Source: Neoechinorhynchus agilis (taxonomy: Eukaryota > Animalia > Acanthocephala). Taken from it: a stretch of 7,825 bases of DNA. Below, one piece after another: positions 1-6,396 of this stretch. The notes below the pieces were generated by a model, which ran no database searches, had not been told where the DNA came from, and worked only from the letters and a program-made list of their open reading frames with translations. Every line of letters starts with the position of its first letter. Position 1 is the stretch's first letter. The stretch lies in assembly GCA_051530055.1 (NCBI GenBank), contig JBMGUZ010000092.1, positions 1 through 7,825 on the forward strand, given 5' to 3'. A program made the translations under genes and the position numbers.

Positions 1-609
1 ATTCCTTTCGATGTTCAAAAGTCAATGTTAGCCATGGCAACGTTACCTAATGAAATATTTAATGACCGAGAGAAAAAAGGAGCAATGGATGAAGATTTCA
101 CCTTAGAGGATGGCCTGGAGTTTGTGAATCTTACCGAAGAGTTGGGTCGATCGATTCCGGATTTCGTTGAGACGAAATTGATTTCGAACGCATCAATCGA
201 GGCGGCACGTTTTTTTAGCAGTCGACCGAGAAAAAAGGTTTCGATTATTTAGGACGAGCGAGAGTTCTACACAAAAATGTTTGCGTGAAAGTTTTCGCAA
301 AAAAGAACGTGTTTTTTCCGAGAATTGTTAGAAATTCTGAGAACTTAAGACGAATTCGCCATGTTCACTAAATTTACTTTCTTTTCTCCTTCTAAAATCT
401 GATTCCTTTCGATGTTCAAAAGTCAATGTTAGCCATGGCAACGTTACCTAATGAAATATTTAATGATTGAGAGAAAAAAGGAGCAATGGATGAAGATTTC
501 ACCTTAGAGGATGGCCTGGAGTTTGTGAATCTTACCGAAGAGTTGGGTCGATCGATTCCGGATTTCGTTGAGACGAAATTGATTTCGAATGCATCAATCG
601 AGGCGGCAC
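1..609 (+). repeat. Direct duplication of a 208-bp coding segment (1-208 and 402-609); may extend left of the window
   Basis: 1-208 matches 402-609 (offset 401) with three differences, all C->T in the second copy (66/467, 67/468, 189/590). The copies diverge after ...GAGGCGGCAC. Confidence 0.95.
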
Positions 610-767
610 AAAGAAGATACACCCGGGATGGTCGTATAATAATCAGTATCGGAATCACGTTCGGTCTCTTGACCATAATAAAGATTCTCTCTGAATTTTG
701 TATTAGATATTTCATATTTCTTGAACAAGAAGAAGAAGAGCAAAGCCAAGAAACGGGAGATGAGTGA
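402..767 (+). CDS. C-terminal part of an unidentified predicted single-pass membrane protein; this copy has an in-frame TGA at 468-470 (possible pseudogenised copy, or start at ATG 486)
   Basis: Frame IPFDVQKSMLAMATLPNEIFND*EKKGAMDEDF...EAAQRRYTRDGRIIISIGITFGLLTIIKILSEFCIRYFIFLEQEEEEQSQETGDE*. It has a hydrophobic stretch and an acidic tail. The duplicate at 1-208 has CGA (Arg) in place of the TGA. Family not recognised. Confidence 0.45.
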
Positions 768-885
768 GTTTTCTTTAAAAAAAAGATTTGGTTTTCCAGT
801 TTCACTAAGAAAGTCTGCTCAGAAAACGCTAAAGCCGACCGTTCCTCTTTTGCAAAAAAGATGCTCTACTTTACGTATAATTTGT

Positions 886-1242
886 CTAAATGAAAGGAAT
901 GAGATTGTATGGTTTGCAGATGGTTGTTCTCGATATATCGTATCCTATGATTGATCCTCTTCCAATCACTTCGCCAATAAAGAACCAAAGAAGTACTTCA
1001 GTAGCGACAAGTGAATTTAAAGCGACTTCCTTAATGGTGAGATTTGTTAAAGGTGCTCCTGATTTCGATTTATACGAGCGTTGCCAGAATTCCACACATT
1101 GCCGAAATTCCTGTTTTAGCTGAGGAAACTCACTTGGCATAGGTGGTTTTAGTTCCACTGAAGCATACTTCCAAAAGTTAGCTAAATTTGACTTACTCAA
1201 TTGAGTGAACCGTTGAGCCATTGTAGCCAGTTTTGTGGACAT
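886..1242 (-). CDS. ATP5MG: Mitochondrial ATP synthase subunit g (ATP5L/ATP5MG family), 118 aa, intronless
   Basis: Family motifs FWKYASVELKPP and EVLLWFFIGEVIGRGSIIGYD; typical length. Confidence 0.93.
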   Translation of the reverse strand: MSTKLATMAQRFTQLSKSNLANFWKYASVELKPPMPSEFPQLKQEFRQCVEFWQRSYKSKSGAPLTNLTIKEVALNSLVATEVLLWFFIGEVIGRGSIIGYDISRTTICKPYNLIPFI

Positions 1243-1244
1243 GT

Positions 1245-1262
1245 CTGCAATTAAAAAACAAG
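1245..1262 (-). promoter_or_regulatory. 3' splice acceptor 2 nt upstream of the ATP5MG ATG (candidate trans-splice site)
   Basis: Minus strand ...CTCTCCTTGTTTTTTAATTGCAG|ACATG, about 63 nt downstream of the RBM19 stop. Confidence 0.6.
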
Positions 1263-1307
1263 GAGAGCGGTCGGGATTGTTGTGAGCAATTCCCGTTAAA
1301 TCAAACT

Positions 1308-1313
1308 TTTATT
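1308..1313 (-). terminator. AATAAA polyadenylation signal overlapping the RBM19 stop codon
   Basis: Minus strand GCC AAA TAA A. Confidence 0.55.
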
Positions 1314-3502
1314 TGGCATATTCAAGAACTAATCTTCGACCGAACAGATGAGTTCCGGTTTTCAATTTTTCAAATGCTCTTTTAGCGTCATCGATCGATA
1401 CAAATTCTACAAACGCGAATCCTCGATGACCACCAGTGGGTTTTTTCGGTAAACGCGGATTTGAAGTAAGTTCGCCGAAAACCTTAAACAATTCCTTAAG
1501 GTCTTTTGTAGTGACTTGAAACGGAACATTCTTTATAAGGATCTTTGTTGATGCAACCGGGTCGTTTTTAGTCGAAAATGATGGCGTTTCTTTAGGTTTT
1601 ACGGCCGCATATTCCACATGGTATCCTTTTTTCTTACATTCCTTAAAACAAGCGCTAGCACCTGACTCGTTCGTGTATTCCACAAGCACATGAGTGGTCA
1701 TAGAAGTCTTCATTAAAGCTCGTCTTTTAACGGTGCCACATTGGTCGAATTCCACTTTAGCATCAGATTCCTTATAGTCGCTTCTTAAGTTCTTCACTAA
1801 AATTGCTTTTCTACTGCGTCCTTTTGCTTCGTTTGCGATCGAAACAACATCAAGAGACGTATCGAGATCCTGAGACTCCATCATAAGTTTCAGTTCTTCG
1901 ACCATCTTCGCTTCAGCTATTGCCAATTTAGCCAATGCATCCCTAGATCCATATACAGCTTCTTTTTCAACCCCAAACTCCTTCGCTATTCCACTAGCTA
2001 CAGTGTCGGTGTTCACATACAACGACGACCATACTTCTCGTTTTCCTTCCTCCTTTTTTTTAATGTCCTTTGAAATGACTTTTTCAACTTTAAGTAACCG
2101 ACCTTGGAAAATAAAACCGTCAATCGTAGCACAAGCTTTATCTGCCAAGTAATCATCTTTGAAACTAATTAGAGCGTATCCACGAATTGTATCGGTCTGT
2201 TGAGACATTGGAAGTTCTATTGATCGGATTAACGTATCGTCTTTAATTGATAGACGATCTTTTAACAAATCAAGCACATCTTGTTCTTTACTACCATACC
2301 ATAGATTTTTTATAATCACTCTATCGTCATACTGTATTCCACCATCGGAAACAATCAACTCTTTTTTATTGTCTATCTTCTTTTCCTTTAAAGCTTTAAT
2401 ACTCTTCTTACCAAAAACAACAACTTTCGGTGCCAAGGACTTTAGCTCTATATAACGACTTTTTTCTCCGTCCAAAAAATGATTATTCTTCGTCGATATC
2501 AATCGATTGACTTCATCTTCGCTTCTTAACCAAACTATCGCAACACCACAATTCGATTTGTCTCGTGTTTTTAACGAGGAAATGTCCTTTACTCAAATCG
2601 TCCAAAAATTAGGGCACACAATGTTCAATCACAGGTCGACGAAGTCAGAGTTTATAATTTTGGTGAAAATACTCACGGTTTTGATTTATTGGGGAAATAT
2701 TTCGCGAGGAGGAAACCTCCTCAGCAGTCATCTAAAAATGAGTTGTATACATCGGTCCGTCGAAATATTTCTCCAATAAAAACCGGGAGTATTTTCGTAA
2801 AGACATACTCGAGGGATCTTCTCTGTTGATAAAAAAATAGCTAAAATCGAAAAACGAATTAACAATAAGCAACAAAGGAAAAGGACAACGCCTTTGTACC
2901 ATAATTACTTTAAGACTGTTCACGGGCTTAATAAACTCCTTTACTTGTCGTTTTTTCGCTCCAAATGGAAGTCCGAATAGTTTTAACGGATACACTTTTC
3001 TGGTCCGTTCAACAAATCGATTACTTTCACCACCTTCATCCTTCACTTTTTCTCCTTTAATTTTCTTAATTTCTCTAACAAACTCCTTGAATCCTTCATC
3101 GTCTTTCACATCACCTAACAGCTCGTCCACCATTTTCCGTCTTCTCATAAACCCATCTCCATCCTGTTTCTTCTGACTATATTTACTCCAAGGCTTAGCC
3201 CTCTCGTCCTTTTCAGCGACGAACAACTCAACGCGAATGCGACTATTGCCAATGAAGCTTTTATCGTATCCGTCCACTGCAAGCTTCGCGTTTCGTTCAT
3301 CGGTGAATCCAATCGTAGCTAAACGCCTAAATTTCCCAGTCTCTCGTTCTTTCAACAGTCTTAAAAGAAGCATCTTTGTAGTGAGCACAATTCAACGACG
3401 CCTCCAACATATATCCGTTATGGGACCAATCTGCTTAAAATGTTCAATCAAAGTCTCTTCATCAAGGCGCGACGGTAGATTCCGGACGAATACACGACTC
3501 AT
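1309..3502 (-). CDS. RBM19: RBM19/Mrd1 multi-RRM pre-rRNA processing protein, roughly 600 aa, at least 2 introns (exons approx. 3502-3400, 3358-2890, 2590-1309; exact junctions unresolved)
   Basis: N-terminus MSRVFVRNLPSRLDEETLIEHFKQIGPITDI...TGKFRRLATIGF...SFIGNSRIRVE (RRM1). LKLFGLPFGAKKRQVKEFIKP...CGVAIVWLRSEDEV (RRM2). RGYALISF...GFIFQGRLLKV (RRM3). Conserved linker WSSLYVNTDTVASGIA...AKLAIAEAKMVEE. RSRKAILVKNL (RRM4). Terminal KILIKNVPFQ...RLPKK...HRGFAFVEF...THLFGRRLVLEYA. An in-frame TGA at 3392-3394 and a frame change at ~2890-2592 require introns. Confidence 0.9.
2665..2796. repeat. Intronic imperfect inverted repeat (arms 2665-2704 and 2761-2796) enclosing a perfect 7-bp hairpin (2706-2722)
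   Basis: 34 complementary positions, 2 mismatches, one 4-nt bulge; the loop contains GAGGAGG-AAA-CCTCCTC. Confidence 0.85.
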
Positions 3503-4668
3503 TTTTAAGGAACTTTCTTAAAAGTGGGGTCGAGAGAACTGAAGACCAAAGTGATCTGAAATATGAAAAAATTGAGGTTTCTTTCAATAGAAGAAAATCG
3601 AGGATGACGGGATAACGACGAAGTATGGACACCGTCGACCCACGGCTAAAGTATCCGGACGAATACACGACTCATTTTTAAGGAACTTTCTTAAAAGTGG
3701 GGTCGAGAGAACTGAAGACCAAAGTGATCTGAAATATGAAAAATTGAGGTTTCTTTCAATAGAAGAAAATCGAGGATGACGGGATAACGACGAAGTATGG
3801 ACACCGTCGACCCACGGCTAAAGTATCCGGACGAATACACGACTCATTTTTAAGGAACTTTCTTAAAAGTGGGGTCGAGAGAACTGAAGACCAAAGTGAT
3901 CTGAAATATGAAAAATTGAGGTTTCTTTCAATAGAAGAAAATCGAGGATGACGGGATAACGACGAATTATGGACACCGTCGACCCACGGCTAAAGTATCC
4001 GGACGAATACACGACTCATTTTTAAGGAACTTTCTTAAAAGTGGGGTCGAGAGAACTGAAGACCAAAGTGATCTGAAATATGAAAAATTGAGGTTTCTTT
4101 CAATAGAAGAAAATCGAGGATGACGGGATAACGACGAATTATGGACACCGTCGACCCACGGCTAAAGTATCCGGACGAATACACGACTCATTTTTAAGGA
4201 ACTTTCTTAAAAGTGGGGTCGAGAGAACTGAAGACCAAAGTGATCTGAAATATGAAAAATTGAGGTTCTTTCAATAGAAGAAAATCGAGGATGACGGGAT
4301 AACGACGAATTATGGACACCGTCGACCCACGGCTAAAGTATCCGGACGAATACACGACTCATTTTAGAACTTTAAAAGTGGGGTCAGAGAACTGAGACAA
4401 TCTGAAATTGAAAAATTGAGGTTTCTTTCAATAGAAGAAAATCGAGGATGACGGGATAACGACGAATATGGACACCGTCGACCCACGGCTAAAGTATCCG
4501 GACGAATACACGACTCATTTTTAAGGAACTTTCTTAAAAGTGGGGTCGAGAGAACTGAAGACCAAAGTGATCTGAAATATGAAAAATTGAGGTTTCTTTC
4601 AATAGAAGAAAATCGAGGATGACGGGATAACGACGAATTATGGACACCGTCGACCCACGGGTAAAGTA
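3481..4668. repeat. Tandem array of 7 copies of a ~172-bp unit containing the first 22 nt of the RBM19 CDS plus ~150 bp of upstream sequence
   Basis: Units start at 3481, 3654, 3826, 3998, 4170, 4341 and 4497 (TCCGGACGAATACACGACTCAT...). Copy 6 is 156 bp with many small deletions. Copies 1-2 read GAAGTATGG; copies 3-5 and 7 read GAATTATGG. Confidence 0.97.
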
Positions 4669-4676
4669 TTTTATTC

Positions 4677-4916
4677 CTATGGAATAATAAGACGACGAAA
4701 GCTTCGAAATAAAGATCGTCGGTACTCTCCAATATCTTGAAGCATTGTCATAGCTCCACCTTGAGAATAATCGAATTTATGAATGTGCTGAACAATAAGA
4801 TTATGAAATCTAAAAGCAAGATCTTCTTGAACACAATATTGTGTGTTTAAATGAGGTTTTTTTTGATGGTTGATAAATATTTTCTTGATCACACAGCGCC
4901 GTGCAAAAGGCCTCAC
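4677..4916 (-). pseudogene. EXOC5: Isolated fragment resembling the C-terminal region of exocyst subunit EXOC5/Sec10
   Basis: EDLAFRFHNLIVQHIHKFDYSQGGAMTMLQDIGEYRR (approx. 4826-4716) matches the recalled Sec10 motif ELGxRFHRLIxEHLxxxxYSxxGxMxxxxDxxEYRK. It is preceded by an acceptor-like TTCTGTTTTTTTAAG. There is no room for a ~700-aa gene before archease. Confidence 0.65.
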
Positions 4917-5156
4917 TTAAAAAAACAGAATAATTTTAACCGGCTAAGAAGACTTAAAAACTACGACGTTTGAACTGTTCATGAGTTGGTGATCCACAAA
5001 ACAACAACGAATTTTGTCGACGACGAGAAGATTTTATCATATTAAAAAGCACCCAAGTATCCATCTCGATTTCTGGCAAATCCCAAAAGATTTTAAGTGC
5101 AATTTTTTTAAGTTTTACTGGCAAGCCGGTATTGTTATCATCATTCAATTTTAGTC

Positions 5157-5264
5157 AATCCCTAACATATCCTTGGCTATCCAGCGAGGAAACGCAGCGA
5201 GTGTCTTGGGGACGGTGAAGGACAATTCAGAATAATATAAGTTAACTTTTAAAAAAAAATCCCT
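5157..5264 (+). mobile_element. 94-bp A-tailed insert flanked by a 7-bp duplication (AATCCCT), interrupting the left inverted repeat
   Basis: AATCCCT at 5157-5163 and 5258-5264. The insert ends GTTAAC-TTTT-A(7+). The intact right arm shows the empty site. Confidence 0.75.
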
Positions 5265-5326
5265 TTAGTTGTCCGGCTTATTTATTTAGGTCGATAAACT
5301 GGCTGAGTTTGACATTTCGTAGTTGT

Positions 5327-5390
5327 GTTGAGGTGGTCAAGTGGACTAATGCCCGTGATCCCGATTAGGGGTCAAGTGGTCCGAATCCGT
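5327..5390 (+). promoter_or_regulatory. tRNA-derived (Ser/Leu-like) head with internal Pol III A box and B box; not a foldable tRNA
   Basis: GTGGTCAAGTGGACTAATGCC resembles the tRNA-Leu/Ser D-arm (GTGGCCGAGTGGTCTAAGGCG). A box TGGTCAAGTGG at 5334-5344. B box GGTCCGAATCC at 5378-5388, one mismatch to GGTTCGAATCC. No acceptor stem or anticodon arm. Confidence 0.65.
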
Positions 5391-5399
5391 ACCGAAAAG

Positions 5400-5467
5400 G
5401 GGACGAAATACCTCGTTGAAGGGAGGAAACTCACTGATGAGTCCCGCCTCCTCGGGAGGTATCTGAG
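5400..5467 (+). ncRNA. Hammerhead ribozyme core in non-circularly permuted strand order; predicted cleavage after AUC (C5463)
   Basis: CUGAUGA 5434-5440; GAAA 5405-5408; stem II GUCCC(5441-45)/GGGAC(5400-04); stem III AUACCUC(5408-14)/GAGGUAU(5456-62); C17=5463; stem I CUCA(5430-33)/UGAG(5464-67). Confidence 0.85.
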
Positions 5468-5490
5468 GATCCGGAGGAATGTACAAACTC

Positions 5491-5494
5491 TTTT
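5491..5494 (+). terminator. Candidate Pol III terminator (T4) for the tRNA-head/hammerhead transcript
   Basis: First T4 run downstream of the A and B boxes; it gives a ~168-nt transcript, 5327-5494. Confidence 0.4.
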
Positions 5495-5683
5495 ACCGGA
5501 TGCATTGGAGACAATGTGGTTATATCACTTCTCTGATTTAATTGGTTTGGCTTTATGCCTAAAAAATAAGCCGGACAACTAAAGGGATTGACTAAAATTG
5601 AATGATGATTTTAAGTGCATTTTGCAATGGATCTCTAATTAACATTTAAAAGGTTTCCCCAAAGGACCCTAGCAATAATTCAT

Positions 5684-6154
5684 CTAAATATCAATTATAG
5701 CGTACACGTGAGAGTCTCCTTTCCCATTGTCTTCATTATCGACAATTTCCATTTTAGAGTACGTAATTGCCTTTACTTCGGTTCCTTGAGGATGTTTCCC
5801 TATCTGAAACTCTTCTCCATAAACACGAGCTTTAAGTTTGAAAGTTTGTTTATCGAACTCGGTTATTTGAATGCGTCGACCAATAAAGAAAGGCTCACAG
5901 CAGAACAAGAACAAGAGTTCATCTAGGAAATGGTAGAGCAAATTGAGCATATCGTCTTCTTCAACGCTAATTTCTCTTGTTTCGAGCATTTCAACAGAAT
6001 CAATATCGGTCGTCATGTAGGCGAACATTGCGAGACCACATTGTTCAAACGCTTCCTTTACACTTGATCCCCAGCCATGAAGTTGAACATCGGCGGTATG
6101 ATCAAGATACTCGTACTTTATTGAACAAGATAAATCCCGATTATTGGTTGTCAT
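5684..6154 (-). CDS. ZBTB8OS: Archease (RtcB tRNA-ligase cofactor; ZBTB8OS), 156 aa, intronless; true ATG at 6154
   Basis: KYEYLDHTADVQLHGWG...EAFEQCGLAMFAYMT...LLYHFLDELLF...GEEFQIGKHPQGTEVKAITYSKM...VYAIIDI are hallmark archease motifs. The ORF-track start at 6262 is not an ATG. Confidence 0.96.
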   Translation of the reverse strand: MTTNNRDLSCSIKYEYLDHTADVQLHGWGSSVKEAFEQCGLAMFAYMTTDIDSVEMLETREISVEEDDMLNLLYHFLDELLFLFCCEPFFIGRRIQITEFDKQTFKLKARVYGEEFQIGKHPQGTEVKAITYSKMEIVDNEDNGKGDSHVYAIIDI

Positions 6155-6329
6155 TATGAGTGGTTTGAAGTTTAGCGATTGTACGAGATAGGGGCAAATG
6201 ACGAGTCTTGAGATCGTAGGCGCCTTTGATAGCAACAATATGACCGGAGATGATCGTTCCAATGAGTAAATAAGCCGTAAGACGATGAAGGTTGTCGTAG
6301 ATCTTTAGTCTCGTTAGCCGATATGGCAT
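6141..6329 (-). CDS. COX14: 62-aa single-TM micropeptide, COX14-like (complex IV assembly factor); overlaps the archease start by 14 nt
   Basis: IYDNLHRLTAYLLIGTIISG resembles the Cox14 D-x-x-HR-x-T-(hydrophobic)-G motif (yeast VTDTIHRLTVLTLVGG). The ATG sits 5 nt after a strong acceptor with a CACTAAC branch point. Confidence 0.65.
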   Translation of the reverse strand: MPYRLTRLKIYDNLHRLTAYLLIGTIISGHIVAIKGAYDLKTRHLPLSRTIAKLQTTHNDNQ

Positions 6330-6334
6330 AAAAT

Positions 6335-6360
6335 CTAAAGAAGGTTAGTGAAAGAAGGTA
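6335..6360 (-). promoter_or_regulatory. Branch point plus 3' splice acceptor upstream of the COX14-like ATG (candidate trans-splice site)
   Basis: Minus strand CTTCTTTCACTAACCTTCTTTAG|ATTTTATG, about 56 nt downstream of the RPL13 stop. Confidence 0.65.
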
Positions 6361-6390
6361 AAAACACAAAAAGGTTTTAAGCAAAAACAA

Positions 6391-6396
6391 TTTATT
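6391..6396 (-). terminator. AATAAA polyadenylation signal overlapping the RPL13 stop codon
   Basis: Minus strand AAG AAA TAA A. Confidence 0.55.

Larger units (their letters stand above)
5089..5619. mobile_element. Composite non-autonomous element: 13-bp flanking direct repeats, 52-bp inverted repeats, and a core carrying a tRNA-like head plus hammerhead ribozyme
   Basis: GATTTTAAGTGCA at 5089-5101 and 5607-5619. The right arm 5558-5609 is the reverse complement of 5137-5163 joined to 5265-5290, with one indel. Confidence 0.7.

Noticed and set aside
764-785. Possible 22-nt mini-intron (GTGAGT...AAAG) fusing ORF 486-767 to ORF 721-954; similar 20-nt candidate after the EXOC5 block
   Set aside because: An in-frame join has a one-in-three chance, the acceptor is poor, and the extension would overlap ATP5MG antisense; needs RNA data.
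2695-2771. Minus-strand hammerhead-like motif CUGAGGA-G...C-GAAA with a long stem III and an AUU triplet inside the intronic inverted repeat
   Set aside because: No stem I can form, stem II is 1 bp, and CUGAGGA is locked in the 7-bp hairpin. The GAAA/stem III match follows from the palindromic CGAAATATTTCG arm.
3481-4668. CRISPR array
   Set aside because: Units are contiguous ~172-bp copies with no unique spacers, in a eukaryotic context with no cas genes.
5167-5174. ATATCCTT, the U12 AT-AC 5' splice-site consensus
   Set aside because: No plus-strand exon upstream and no U12 branch point or AC acceptor found; it lies inside the A-tailed insert.
5327-5400. Functional tRNA gene
   Set aside because: Only D-arm and T-loop-like boxes match; there is no acceptor stem, anticodon stem-loop or T-stem.
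5441-5470. GTCCCGCCTCCTCG resembles the HDV ribozyme P2/P3/L3 segment
   Set aside because: No matching P1 5' strand or proper P3 closure; the bases are fully explained by the hammerhead.
5400-6154. Functional link between the hammerhead (cyclic-phosphate ends) and neighbouring archease (RtcB ligase cofactor)
   Set aside because: The ribozyme is in a mobile-looking insertion on the opposite strand; one adjacency is not evidence.
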